The notes: generated by a model not told the origin, from the letters alone. A stretch of DNA of 64,000 bases from an uncultured Chloroflexia bacterium (GCA_963810095.1 CAWEMM010000002.1:192001-256000); one strand, 5' to 3'; positions 41,903 to 51,896 are shown, numbered from the stretch's first letter. Numbers and translations: made by a program.

Positions 41903-44158
41903 TTACTGCAGCCCGGTGAAGTCGCTGGCGGGCCAGTAGCCGGAGTCGATGACGGCTTCCTTGACGTTGTCCTTGGTAACGGTGACGATGGCGGACGGCT
42001 TGGCCGGCACGTCGATCTTGCCGTTGTTGTAGGTCGTGGTCTTCTCAGGCGTCTTGCCGGTCAGGAAGGCGACGGCGGCCGCGATGGCGTCGTCGGCCAG
42101 CGTGCGGGTGTCCTTGAGGACGGTCATCGACTGCTTGCCGTCGATGATGTACTGGATGGAGGCCTTTTCGGCGTCCTGGCCGGTGATCCAATACTTGGAG
42201 ACGTCCTTATCGGCGGCGAAGGCATCGGCGATCGAGCGGGCGGTGCCGTCGTTGGGGGCCAGGATGAAGACCTCGCCCTTGTCGGCCGCGGTGGTGGCGG
42301 TGAGGTTCGACTCGGCCAGGTTCTTGGCGACGTCGAACTTCCAGTCGGTGGTGGTCTGGCCGATGATCTTGGCCATCTCGTCGCGGGTCAGCTTGGCCTT
42401 GTCCTTGAGGGCGATGGCTTCCTGCGAGTTCTTGACGACGAAGGTGCCATCGGCGATCTTGGGCTGCAGCTTGTTCCAGGCGCCCTCGAAGAAGAGGAAG
42501 GCGTTGTTGTCAGACGCGGCGCCGGTGTAGAGGTACAGCGGGAGGCCGGTGCGGCCGGCGGCCTGCTTGATCAGGAAATCGCCCCAGGCTTCGCCGACGG
42601 CGACCGAGTCGAAGGTGACGTAGTAATCGACGGCGTCGGTCTCGCGGATCAGGCGGTCATAGGAGATGACCTTGATACCCGCATCGCGGGCTTCCTGAGC
42701 CGCCGCGGCAGCGGCCGTGGCATCCTGCGGGGTGATGACGATGACCTTGACGCCCTGGCTAATCAGCGCCTCGACGTTGGCCTTTTCCTTGGCCGAGTCG
42801 CCCTGGCTAAACAGGATCTGCGCATTGTAGCCGGCCTTCTTGAAGGCATCCTCAAAGCGGGCCTGGTCCTGCAACCAGCGGGGTTCGTCCTTGGTCGGCA
42901 GGATGATGCCAACCGAGCCACCGGCTGCAGCGGCCGGGGCGGTCGTCGCCGCAGGCGCCGTGCCGAGCGTATCGAGCCCGGTGAAGTCGCTGGCGGGCCA
43001 GTAGCCGGAGTCGATGACGGCTTCCTTGACGTTGTCCTTGGTGACGGTGACGATGGCGGACGGCTTGGCCGGCACGTCGATCTTGCCGTTGTTGTAGGTC
43101 GTGGTCTTCTCAGGCGTCTTGCCGGTCAGGTAAGCGACGGCAGCCGCGATGGCGTCGTCGGCCAGCGTGCGGGTGTCCTTGAGGACGGTCATCGACTGCT
43201 TGCCGTCGATGATGTACTGGATGGAGGCCTTTTCGGCGTCCTGGCCGGTGATCCAATACTTGGAGACGTCCTTATCGGCGGCGAAGGCATCGGCGATCGA
43301 GCGGGCGGTGCCGTCGTTGGGGGCCAGGATGAAGACCTCGCCCTTGTCAGCCGCGGTGGTGGCGGTGAGGTTCGACTCGGCCAGGTTCTTGGCGACGTCG
43401 AACTTCCAGTCGGTGGTGGTCTGGCCGATGATCTTGGCCATCTCGTCGCGGGTCAGCTTGGCCTTGTCCTTGAGGGCGATGGCTTCCTGCGAGTTCTTGA
43501 CGACGAAGGTGCCATCGGCGATCTTGGGCTGCAGCTTGTTCCAGGCGCCCTCGAAGAAGAGGAAGGCGTTGTTGTCAGACGCTGCGCCGGTGTAGAGGTA
43601 CAGCGGGAGGCCGGTGCGGCCGGCGGCCTGCTTGATCAGGAAGTCGCCCCAGGCTTCGCCGACGGCGACCGAGTCGAAGGTGACGTAGTAATCGACGGCG
43701 TCAGTCTCGCGGATCAGGCGGTCATAGGAGATGACCTTGATACCCGCATCGCGGGCTTCCTGAGCCGCCGCGGCAGCGGCCGTGGCATCCTGCGGGGTGA
43801 TGACGATGACCTTGACGCCCTGGCTAATCAGCGCCTCGACGTTGGCCTTTTCCTTGGCCGAGTCGCCCTGGCTGAACAGGATCTGCGCATTGTAGCCGGC
43901 CTTCTTGAAGGCATCCTCGAAGCGGGCCTGGTCCTGCAACCAGCGGGGTTCGTCCTTGGTCGGCAGGATGATGCCAACCGAGCCGGCAGCCGCGGCTACC
44001 GGGGCGGTCGTCGCCGCGGGCGCCGTCGTGGCTTGGGCTACCGGGGCGGTCGTCGCCGCGGGCGCGGCCGTGGGCTGGGCTGCCGGGGCGCCGCAGCCGA
44101 AGAGTACGCTGGCAACGGTTACCAGCAGCAGGGCGGTGAAGATCCAACGCTTGTTCAT
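41903..44158 (-). CDS. Sugar-binding lipoprotein (ChvE/XylF-like) with two near-identical tandem domains
   Basis: Lipobox LFGC; PTKDEPRW, ISYDRLI, APNDGTA, ITGQDAE each occur twice. Confidence 0.93.
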   Translation of the reverse strand: MNKRWIFTALLLVTVASVLFGCGAPAAQPTAAPAATTAPVAQATTAPAATTAPVAAAAGSVGIILPTKDEPRWLQDQARFEDAFKKAGYNAQILFSQGDSAKEKANVEALISQGVKVIVITPQDATAAAAAAQEARDAGIKVISYDRLIRETDAVDYYVTFDSVAVGEAWGDFLIKQAAGRTGLPLYLYTGAASDNNAFLFFEGAWNKLQPKIADGTFVVKNSQEAIALKDKAKLTRDEMAKIIGQTTTDWKFDVAKNLAESNLTATTAADKGEVFILAPNDGTARSIADAFAADKDVSKYWITGQDAEKASIQYIIDGKQSMTVLKDTRTLADDAIAAAVAYLTGKTPEKTTTYNNGKIDVPAKPSAIVTVTKDNVKEAVIDSGYWPASDFTGLDTLGTAPAATTAPAAAAGGSVGIILPTKDEPRWLQDQARFEDAFKKAGYNAQILFSQGDSAKEKANVEALISQGVKVIVITPQDATAAAAAAQEARDAGIKVISYDRLIRETDAVDYYVTFDSVAVGEAWGDFLIKQAAGRTGLPLYLYTGAASDNNAFLFFEGAWNKLQPKIADGTFVVKNSQEAIALKDKAKLTRDEMAKIIGQTTTDWKFDVAKNLAESNLTATTAADKGEVFILAPNDGTARSIADAFAADKDVSKYWITGQDAEKASIQYIIDGKQSMTVLKDTRTLADDAIAAAVAFLTGKTPEKTTTYNNGKIDVPAKPSAIVTVTKDNVKEAVIDSGYWPASDFTGLQ
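41910..43984. repeat. Intragenic direct repeat of about 1010 bp, period 1065 bp
   Basis: 41910-42919 vs 42975-43984 are nearly identical, with scattered synonymous differences and one F/Y change. Confidence 0.95.
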
Positions 44159-44296
44159 GCTTACTTCTCCTCTTGATTATGGAAATCGGCTTCGATCGTT
44201 TTGTCAGATCTGCGGTATGTTAGCGCCTGCTGGACCTCCTACTCTGACCGGCGAGAACGCAAGCGCGGTCGGCAGCGATTCCCGGGATCAAAGATG

Positions 44297-44384
44297 AATA
44301 TAGCACAGATGTCGAGCCACTGGTACGACCAACCGCAGCCCCCGCTATCGGATTCCCCATACTGGCGTTAGGGGGAAACCCTTA
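44297..44384 (-). promoter_or_regulatory. Promoter of the sugar importer with paired 16-bp palindromes
   Basis: TGcTATATT extended -10 (44297-44305); TATCGGATTCCCCATA (44346-44361) and TAGGGGGAAACCCTTA (44369-44384). Confidence 0.55.
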
Positions 44385-44391
44385 AGGCTAT

Positions 44392-45993
44392 CTAGAGTTC
44401 TTCTTTGGGTTCGCTGCGGCGATAGGGCACGTCGACCTGAATGAGGGCTCCGCCTTCCGGTCGATTCTGCAACCTCCATTGTCCGCCCAACAGGGCCACG
44501 CGCTCTGTAATTCCCAACACACCGTAGTGCCCCTGCTCTGATAGCTGCGCAAGGTCGAAGTCCTTGGGCAGGCCGCGACCATCGTCGGCGATGGACAGCA
44601 TGATCCGCCTTGGCGACCGGGACTCCAAGCGGACCTCGACCGACTTGGCGCCCGAGTGTTTCCGCACGTTGTTCAGCCCTTCCTGGACGATTCTGAAGAT
44701 GGAGAGCTCCGTCGACTCCGCCAACCTCCCCAGCGCCGGATCGAGGGTGAGCGTGACGCGTACGCCCGTGCGCTTGCTCCACTCGTATGTGTAGGACTGG
44801 AGCGCCGAACCGAGACCCAGGCTGTCGATGGTCGGCGGGCGGAGCGTGCCGCAGATCTGCCGCAAGTCGGTGATGGCGCCGTGCACGCTGCTGCGGATGG
44901 TCTGCAGCTCCGCTGCCACCGGCGACCCGGCGTCCGTGTCGGCCTGGAGCTCCTCCAACTGGTAACCCACCCCCAGCAGGTCCTGAATGACCTGGTCGTG
45001 GATCTCGCGCGCCAGCCGCTTGCGCTCTTGCTCCAGTTCGGTGAGGAGGCGCCGCTGCGCATCCTGGAGTGCCAGGTTGGCCCGATCGAGCGCATTGATC
45101 TGGTCCGCCAGCTGGTCGAAGAGCTGCTGTTCGATCCCGTTGCGCGACTGCAGCTCGCGCTCGAGCAGCGATTGGCGCTGGTAGAGCTTCTCGGCTCGCT
45201 CTCGGGCCCGGTAGTAGCTGTCGAGCGCCCAGATGATCGGGGTGAGCTGCTGTTGGTTCGTCGCGCCGACCATCGCCCCCAGGATCTCCTCGCGCGTGAC
45301 GGCGTCCGTCTGGTATTCGGCGGTGCAATTGCCGTGTCGCAGGACGAGGATGCGGTCCGTGACGCCCATGAGGTGGTCGACGTTGTCGCTGGCGAAGAGG
45401 ACGGCCGCGCCTTGCCGCTGCCACTCCTGCACCAGCGCAAGCAGTCGCTGCTGGTACGGGTAGCTGAGGACAACACCGGGATCGTCGATGACGATCAACC
45501 GGCGAGGATGGGTCATCGCCCGGGCGATCGCAATCAGTTGACGCTGTTCGATCGAGAGGTCGGACACGCCGGAGCGCAGCGAGGGATAGCGCATGCCTAG
45601 CTCTGCCAGGATCCGAGCGGCCTCGCGGTCCATCTCGTGCAGGTTGGGCACCCGCAGCCACCGACCCGCCACACTCCAGCCGAGCTCGCCCCCCAGGAAG
45701 ACGTTGTGCGTGATATCGAGGTTCTCGGCCATCTCCGGCTGCTGGCCCACGACTTCGATGCCCAGCCGTCGGGCCTGGAAGGGCCAGCGGACCTTGCGGC
45801 CCTCGAAGTACAGTTCCCCCGCGTCGGGTGCGTGGCTGCCCGCCAGCAGCGTGGCGACCGTGGTCTTGCCCGCGCCACTCTGCCCGGCCAGGCCGACGAC
45901 CTCGCCGGGGAGGATATCGAAGCTGAGATTCTGGATTCGCGAGAGCCGGCCCACATATTGGGACAGCTTAATCGCCCGCAGCAGTGGCTCCAC
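44392..45993 (-). CDS. Fusion of sugar-ABC ATP-binding domain, HisKA_3 and HATPase (histidine kinase)
   Basis: N-terminal Walker A GQSGAGKT; C-terminal ERKRLAREIHD H-box, IVQEGLNNVRKHS N-box, DDGRG, HYGVLGITER; one continuous ORF with no TM. Confidence 0.9.
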   Translation of the reverse strand: MEPLLRAIKLSQYVGRLSRIQNLSFDILPGEVVGLAGQSGAGKTTVATLLAGSHAPDAGELYFEGRKVRWPFQARRLGIEVVGQQPEMAENLDITHNVFLGGELGWSVAGRWLRVPNLHEMDREAARILAELGMRYPSLRSGVSDLSIEQRQLIAIARAMTHPRRLIVIDDPGVVLSYPYQQRLLALVQEWQRQGAAVLFASDNVDHLMGVTDRILVLRHGNCTAEYQTDAVTREEILGAMVGATNQQQLTPIIWALDSYYRARERAEKLYQRQSLLERELQSRNGIEQQLFDQLADQINALDRANLALQDAQRRLLTELEQERKRLAREIHDQVIQDLLGVGYQLEELQADTDAGSPVAAELQTIRSSVHGAITDLRQICGTLRPPTIDSLGLGSALQSYTYEWSKRTGVRVTLTLDPALGRLAESTELSIFRIVQEGLNNVRKHSGAKSVEVRLESRSPRRIMLSIADDGRGLPKDFDLAQLSEQGHYGVLGITERVALLGGQWRLQNRPEGGALIQVDVPYRRSEPKEEL

Positions 45994-47068
45994 GGTGAGC
46001 TCCTCGCCGTTTCCGCCGCCAATAGTCCAGCAGGACGGCTACCAGGATTGCCGCGCCAATAATCGTGATCTGCCAATCCGAAGGGCCGCCGAGCAGCACC
46101 AGCCCGTTGTAGAGCATCTGGGTGATGCCCGCGCCGAGCAAGACGCCCAGGGCCGCGCCCACCCCGCCGAACAAGCTTGCGCCGCCAATCACCGAAGCGG
46201 CCACGACGTCGATCTCGTAGCCGATCGCAGCAGTTGGCTGCGCGACGCCCAGCCTGGCAGCGAAGACCAACCCGCCGAGCGCGGCCAGCAGCCCACACAA
46301 CGTGTACACCAGCACCTTCAGCCGCTTGACGTTGACGCCCGTAACCGTCAGCGCACGTTCGCCGCTGCTTACTGCGTAGATGTCGCCGCCCAGAACCGTG
46401 CGTGTGAGCAAGAGCTTGACCAGCAGGGCCACGAGCAGCGCGAGCACGAACGGCGCCGGCAGGATCCACGGGCCGAGCGCGAGGTCGGTCTGGCCGAGCC
46501 GGACAAACTGGGGGGGCAGGTTCGTCACCGGCCAGCCGCGGGTGAGGTTGTACGCAAAGCCCCGGGCGATGCTCATGGTCGCCAGCGTGACGACGAAGGC
46601 CGGCAGCCGGATGTGCGCGGTCAGCATCCCGTTCACCCAGCCAATGACCAGTCCGACGCTCAGGCCGATCGCAACGGCGAGCGGCACGGCTGCGCCCAAC
46701 TGCATCGAGCGCGATGCCATGAGTCCCGCCAAGGCCATGGTTGCACCGACCGACAGGTCGATGCCGCCGATGATGATGACCAGGCTTTCGCCCAACGCGA
46801 CGATGGCCAGCCAGGAGATATTGCGCAGCAGGCCGGCGATGTTCTGAGGCGTGAGAAACGTCTCGCTTTTGAGGCTCAGGAAGGTGAAGACCACGAAAAA
46901 GACAAGGCCGATCAGAAAGACCTCGCGGGCGAACACCAGCCGCCAGGCGCGGCGAAGCAACTCCCCCAGGCGGGCAGTCTCCAGGGTCCTCCGTTCGGCC
47001 GATGTCTTCGGAGCGATCGCCAATGACTCTCCCTGAAAGATTTCGGGTGGTGCTGCCGGTTCGGCCAC
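45968..47068 (-). CDS. RbsC-like sugar ABC permease
   Basis: GGIDLSVG, LPAFVVTLA, YEIDVVAASVIGGASLFGG; overlaps the kinase start. Confidence 0.9.
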   Translation of the reverse strand: MAEPAAPPEIFQGESLAIAPKTSAERRTLETARLGELLRRAWRLVFAREVFLIGLVFFVVFTFLSLKSETFLTPQNIAGLLRNISWLAIVALGESLVIIIGGIDLSVGATMALAGLMASRSMQLGAAVPLAVAIGLSVGLVIGWVNGMLTAHIRLPAFVVTLATMSIARGFAYNLTRGWPVTNLPPQFVRLGQTDLALGPWILPAPFVLALLVALLVKLLLTRTVLGGDIYAVSSGERALTVTGVNVKRLKVLVYTLCGLLAALGGLVFAARLGVAQPTAAIGYEIDVVAASVIGGASLFGGVGAALGVLLGAGITQMLYNGLVLLGGPSDWQITIIGAAILVAVLLDYWRRKRRGAHRGATAAGD

Positions 47069-47089
47069 TGCGCCGGGCGTGGCCGGGCC

Positions 47090-48130
47090 TTACGCGAGCA
47101 CGTCGTCGATCATCAAGCGCAGGCTCGCAGCGTCCAGGTCTTTCTTGTCGAGCAGGGCAGATGCGCCCGCCGCGATGCCGAGGCGGCGAAACTCGCGGTC
47201 GGGGTAGGCCGTGATCAGGACGATGCGCGAGTGGGGCCACGAGGCCTTGATGCGCCGGGCGCATTGGATCCCGTCTTCTTCGCCCAAAATCACGTCGACC
47301 AGCACAAGCTTGGGCATGACCTCCTCGGTCAGGCGAATGGCTTCGCTCGTGTTGCCCGCTTCGTAGATGACCGCCTGCGGGTATGCCCGGCCCAACATGC
47401 GCCGCAGCTGGTTCCGATAACGCGGGTTATCGTCTACGAGCAGCGTCGCCAAGCCGCTGCGCGGGAGCAAATCCGCGACACTTAACCCCGCGGAAGGTTG
47501 GTTGAGCACCTCGGGGTGTTCCGTCACGTAACGCACGGCTTCGAGGCGGCTCTGCACATTCAGGTGCCGGTAGATGCGCGTGAGATGGTTCTCGATGGTC
47601 TTGACGCTCAGGCCCGTCTCGCGGGCGAGGCTCTGGTTATCATGACCCTGGCTCAGCAGGGCCAGGATTTCCCGCTGGCGTTCGGTGAGGGTCGACGAAG
47701 ACGAGGTGAACTCGGCATAGCTGAGCAGTTTGCCGATGAGATGGCTGCTGATCCAGCGCTCGCCGTCGAGCACCCGCTGCACCGCGAGGCGCAGGTCGCT
47801 CAGCGGCTGGTCCTTAAGGTGGTACCCGTCGACTCCCACGCCGAGCAGGCCCTGCACGTACGCGTCGTCGTCATATGCGCTGACGACGAGGATCTTGAGG
47901 GCCGGGTAGCGCCGGCGTATCTCGCGCATGGCCCCGATTGGTTCAAAGTGGGGCATGGTCACGTCGATGACCAGCAGGTCAGGTTGCAGGCGTTCGAGCG
48001 CCGGGGTCAGGGTTGGGCCGTCGCCCACTTCACCCACGACCTCCAGGTTGTCCAGTCCCTCCAGCGCATTCCGGATGCCCGACCGGACGACTGCGTGGTC
48101 ATCTGCTAACAGTACCCGCACGTTTTCCAT
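47090..48130 (-). CDS. Response regulator REC-LuxR HTH-REC
   Basis: N-terminal REC (ADDH, IDVTMP, K), LTERQREIL..SVKTIENHLTRIY HTH, second REC (VDDN, VDVIL, K). Confidence 0.9.
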   Translation of the reverse strand: MENVRVLLADDHAVVRSGIRNALEGLDNLEVVGEVGDGPTLTPALERLQPDLLVIDVTMPHFEPIGAMREIRRRYPALKILVVSAYDDDAYVQGLLGVGVDGYHLKDQPLSDLRLAVQRVLDGERWISSHLIGKLLSYAEFTSSSSTLTERQREILALLSQGHDNQSLARETGLSVKTIENHLTRIYRHLNVQSRLEAVRYVTEHPEVLNQPSAGLSVADLLPRSGLATLLVDDNPRYRNQLRRMLGRAYPQAVIYEAGNTSEAIRLTEEVMPKLVLVDVILGEEDGIQCARRIKASWPHSRIVLITAYPDREFRRLGIAAGASALLDKKDLDAASLRLMIDDVLA

Positions 48131-48136
48131 AATGAT

Positions 48137-48224
48137 ATTCTAGCATCGGCATCGCCGTCTGCCAATGGGGCTTCGCTCTTCGCAGTGCGGCATTACCCAC
48201 GTGACCTTTGAGGGATTTCCCCCA
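48137..48224 (-). promoter_or_regulatory. Leaderless promoter of the regulator with paired 16-bp palindromes
   Basis: TGcTAGAAT 6 nt before ATG; GTGCGGCATTACCCAC (48185-48200) and TGAGGGATTTCCCCCA (48209-48224). Confidence 0.5.
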
Positions 48225-48238
48225 TGCTAGTGCCCGCC

Positions 48239-49252
48239 TCAGGGCGTCCAGCCGCTCGTAGTCCACTCGTGCGGAATGCGCCGGTTGTCCAGTTGGGCTT
48301 CATACTCGCGCAGGTTCTGGGCCGTCACCACATCCACCCCCGTGCTGATCACGCCATCCACGGCGCCCAATTCGTTCAGCGCCGCGTCCTTGCCCTTTCG
48401 GCGGATCAAGTCGATGATTTGCACGGATTGGTAGCCCATGTCGTACTCGCGCTGCGCGACGACCGCGTCGATGCTGCCTGTCTTGATGCCGCTAATGCTG
48501 TCGGACGTGGCGTCGAAGCACACCACTTTGATCTCGCCCGCCGCGTTCGCCTCGCCGATCGCTGTCGCCCATGCCGGCCCGTTATAGGCGTAGACGCCGA
48601 AAGCGCCGGCCAGGTCGGGGTGCGTCAGCAAGATTGAATTGGAGAGCTGCAGCGCCACCGCGGCGTCCTCGCGATCGTTGAGCGGGGGCAGCGCCTCGAT
48701 CCCACTGCCCGCCACCGCGGCCTTGAACCCATCCGTTCGCTGCAGCGCGTTGAGCGCCGTGTCTGAGCCGCGCACGATGCCGACCTTCCCGCCCTTCGGG
48801 AGCAGGCGCGCCATGGTCTCGCCTGCAATGCGGCCCGCTGCGAGGTTGTCCGTCCCGATGTAGGCGTTCGACACGCTTCCGTCGACGGGCGGGGTGTCCA
48901 GGGTAGTGACGATAATCCCGGCGCCGGTCGCCTTCCGCATCACCTGCTCCAGCGCTTCGGGGTTCGAGGGCGCGATGGCAATGCCCGTCACCCGCTGCGC
49001 GATGTACGTCTCCATTAGTTGGATCTGCGCGGCCACGTTTTCTTGCGGGGGCACGACAAGGGTCGCGTCGACGCCCAGGTCCCTGCCGGCTACCAGCACG
49101 CCCTTTTCGACGTTGGTCCAATAAGGGTTCATCGACTTGCCGATGACCACGATCTTGGGGCGCGGGGCCGCACTGGCCGGCGCGGGACCACTGCACGCCG
49201 CGGCCGCCGAGACGACCGTGAGGGTGAGAACCAGGATGAGGGCGTGCCGCAT
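48239..49252 (-). CDS. Sugar-binding lipoprotein (RbsB-like)
   Basis: Lipobox AAAC; NPYW, IAIAP, YIGTDN, RTDGF, VCFD, VAQ. Confidence 0.9.
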   Translation of the reverse strand: MRHALILVLTLTVVSAAAACSGPAPASAAPRPKIVVIGKSMNPYWTNVEKGVLVAGRDLGVDATLVVPPQENVAAQIQLMETYIAQRVTGIAIAPSNPEALEQVMRKATGAGIIVTTLDTPPVDGSVSNAYIGTDNLAAGRIAGETMARLLPKGGKVGIVRGSDTALNALQRTDGFKAAVAGSGIEALPPLNDREDAAVALQLSNSILLTHPDLAGAFGVYAYNGPAWATAIGEANAAGEIKVVCFDATSDSISGIKTGSIDAVVAQREYDMGYQSVQIIDLIRRKGKDAALNELGAVDGVISTGVDVVTAQNLREYEAQLDNRRIPHEWTTSGWTP

Positions 49253-49263
49253 TCCCCGGCGCC

Positions 49264-50121
49264 TTACGCGAACAGCGGGGTCATCTGCCGGCCAGCCGCC
49301 ATTCTCTGCATTTCTTCTTCGCTCGGCGCAGCTTGGAACCGGCTTGCGGCGTCCAGCACCTTCGGCAGCAAGTTCACGTCGCCTGCCGTGTTCAGAAACA
49401 CGCCGGGCTGCCCCAGCACGAACCACACGGCGCGGTCCAGGTCGGCCTGGTCCTCGAGCGTCTCGTACCAGGTCGTGCGCGTGTGGGGCTTCTCGCCCCA
49501 CGGTCCAACCGCCACCGATTTGATGATCTGCACGGCAACGTTCCGGGTCCGACAGGTGTCGAGCAGCGTCTCGAATTCCTGTTGATAGGCCGGGTTTTGG
49601 CTCAACGGGTAGTTGTAGGGCAGGAGCACGGCGTCGAAGTCGTGCCGCGCCAGGCTGCGCAGGTGCATGCGTGGGACAGCAAGCTCATGCCCCGTCACGC
49701 CAACGAAGCGCGTCAGCCCTTGCGCCTGCGCTTCCAGCACCGCCTCCAGTGCACCGTCGGCGCCCATCGCCGTTTGCCATTCACCCTCATCCACCAGGAA
49801 GTGCAGCTGCAGGAGGTCGACGTGGTCGGTCTGCAGCCGGTCGAGGGAGCGCCGGAACTCGTCCCAGGCCTTCGTCTTTGTCCGTTCGCCGGTCTTGGTC
49901 GCGAGGAAGAACTGGTCCCGGTGCCGCTTCATCCACGGGCCAATCCGGTCCTCCGCAGCGCCGTAAGAAGCCGCGGTGTCGATGTGGTTAACCCCGTACT
50001 CCAACAGCACGTCGAGCGTGCGGTCGGCCGTCTCCTGCGAGACGTCCCAAAACGCCGCCGCGCCGAACACGGCCCGCGTGCTTTCATGTCCCGTCCGACC
50101 AAACATCGCCTTCTCGATCAT
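49264..50121 (-). CDS. Aldo/keto reductase
   Basis: [39 protein letters not shown]. Confidence 0.92.
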   Translation of the reverse strand: MIEKAMFGRTGHESTRAVFGAAAFWDVSQETADRTLDVLLEYGVNHIDTAASYGAAEDRIGPWMKRHRDQFFLATKTGERTKTKAWDEFRRSLDRLQTDHVDLLQLHFLVDEGEWQTAMGADGALEAVLEAQAQGLTRFVGVTGHELAVPRMHLRSLARHDFDAVLLPYNYPLSQNPAYQQEFETLLDTCRTRNVAVQIIKSVAVGPWGEKPHTRTTWYETLEDQADLDRAVWFVLGQPGVFLNTAGDVNLLPKVLDAASRFQAAPSEEEMQRMAAGRQMTPLFA

Positions 50122-50154
50122 CTGCCATCCTCTCTCCAAACGCAGTCTCTACGA

Positions 50155-50227
50155 CCGCCGAGAAACCAGGTCACAAAGTTCCAGAAAGCTGTGCTGCAGT
50201 GTCTGGTCCTTCGTGGCTCACTCTGTG
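50155..50227. repeat. Degenerate periodic hairpin repeat
   Basis: CACAAAG...CCTTCGTGG...CTCTGTGG units. Confidence 0.4.
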
Positions 50228-50235
50228 GAAGGCCC

Positions 50236-51094
50236 CTATTTCTTGCTGTAATCGTAGAAGCCCGCGGCCGCTCTTGCGGCCCAGCCAGCCCGCGCTCACC
50301 ATGCGGCGGAGCAGCGGCGGCGCGGCGAAGCGCGGATCCTTGGTCTCATCAAACACGGCGTCTGCCACAAACAACGTCGTGTCGAGCCCGACGAAGTCGA
50401 GCAGGGTGAAGGGGCCCATGGGGTGGTTCAATCCGAGCCGGATCGCCGTGTCAAAGTCTTCCTTGGTTGCAACGCCCTTTTCGAGCTCGGCGATGGCCTG
50501 CAGGAGATAGGGGATCAGCAGCAAGTTGACGATAAAGCCGGGCGTATCCTTGCTGACCACGATGGTCTTGCCCAGATTCTCGCCGAAAGCCTTGGCCGTC
50601 TGGAACGTCTCTTCGCTGGTGAGAAACGTGCGCACCATCTCCAGCAGGGGCATGACGGGCACGGGCTGCATGAAGTGCAGGCCCAGCACCTTGTCGGGGC
50701 GCTTGGTTGCTGCGGCCATGTCGGTGATGGCGAGCGAAGAGGTATTGGACGCGAGGATAGCATGGGGCGGCGTCACCGCATCCAGCTCGGCGAAGATCTT
50801 GCGTTTGAGGTCCAGGTTTTCGACGGCGGCCTCGATCACGAGGTCGCAGTCAGCGAAGGCATTGATGTCCGTCGTCCCGATGATGCGGAGCTGCGCCGCG
50901 TCCCGGTCTTCGGCGGCCAGCTTGCCCTTGGCAACCGCGCGGTCGAGAGAGTCTGTCAGGCGCTTCATCCCCGCGTTCAGCAGGTCGGGGGTTTGCTCAC
51001 GCACGATGACGGTGTAGCCGCCCTTGGCGACGACCTCCGCGATACCCGAACCCATCAGGCCGCAGCCCACCACGCCCACTCGTTCGATAGCCAT
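50236..51094 (-). CDS. hbd: 3-hydroxybutyryl-CoA dehydrogenase, extra base near 50262 at the 3' end
   Basis: GCGLMGSG, IEAAVEN, ASNTSS, GLHF, PMGP; the conserved GRKSGRGFYDY* is restored by removing one G. Confidence 0.92.
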
Positions 51095-51362
51095 GTTCAG
51101 CCCTCCTTGGCCAACAGATAGCGATCCACGACCGCGCCAGTATAGCGTCTTGCGGCGCGCATGACAAGCGTTTAGATTCCTCAGCGAATTCTTGACCGTC
51201 ATTAATCCAAAGCACGGCCTTTATTCGTACTTTGTTGAGGTTGCCGCTGCGCGCAGCAGCGGTCGGCAACGCTCGTTACAGTCGTTAGTGTGCCAAAGCG
51301 CGATCATGACGCTCGTTCTCGCGGCGTCCCCGCGCAAAACCCCCTTAGTAAGGAGAACTCGT

Positions 51363-51896
51363 ATGGTTCGTGTGCGTGATGGTAAGCGGATGGCGGGTAA
51401 GCTCGCGTTCGGTGTCGTGTTGGTGACACTGGCAGCCCTCCTGGGCGCTTGCGCGGCTCCCACCGGTTCGGGCTCTGCCGCCAGTGGCGGCCAACCCGCA
51501 GCCCCCACCGCGGCCCCGGCGGCCACGGCTGCCCCGGCTGCAACGGAAGCCCCGGCCCAGGCCCCGGCTGCGACGGAAGCGCCGGCTGCAACCGCAGCGC
51601 CGGCCGCGGCCGCAGGCGTAAGCTTCAGCAAGGACGTCATGCCGATCTTCGAGAAGACGTGCATCAAGTGCCACGGCGGGCCTGACGGCAGCAAGGGCGG
51701 CCTGAGCCTGAAGACGTACGACGACATGATGAAGGGCGGCGAGGACGGTGCGGTGATCGTTCCCGGCGACGCCAGCGGCAGCCTGCTCGTGAAGCAGATC
51801 CAAAACGGCAAGATGCCGAAGCGCGCCCCGAAGCTGCCGCAGGATCAGATCGACCTGATTGCCAAGTGGGTGACCGAAGGCGCGCAGAACAACTAG
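51363..51896 (+). CDS. Monoheme c-type cytochrome lipoprotein (PSCyt1-like domain)
   Basis: Lipobox LGAC, VSFSKDVMPIF, CIKCH, PGDASGSLL, KMP, WVTEGA. Confidence 0.88.
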   Translation: MVRVRDGKRMAGKLAFGVVLVTLAALLGACAAPTGSGSAASGGQPAAPTAAPAATAAPAATEAPAQAPAATEAPAATAAPAAAAGVSFSKDVMPIFEKTCIKCHGGPDGSKGGLSLKTYDDMMKGGEDGAVIVPGDASGSLLVKQIQNGKMPKRAPKLPQDQIDLIAKWVTEGAQNN

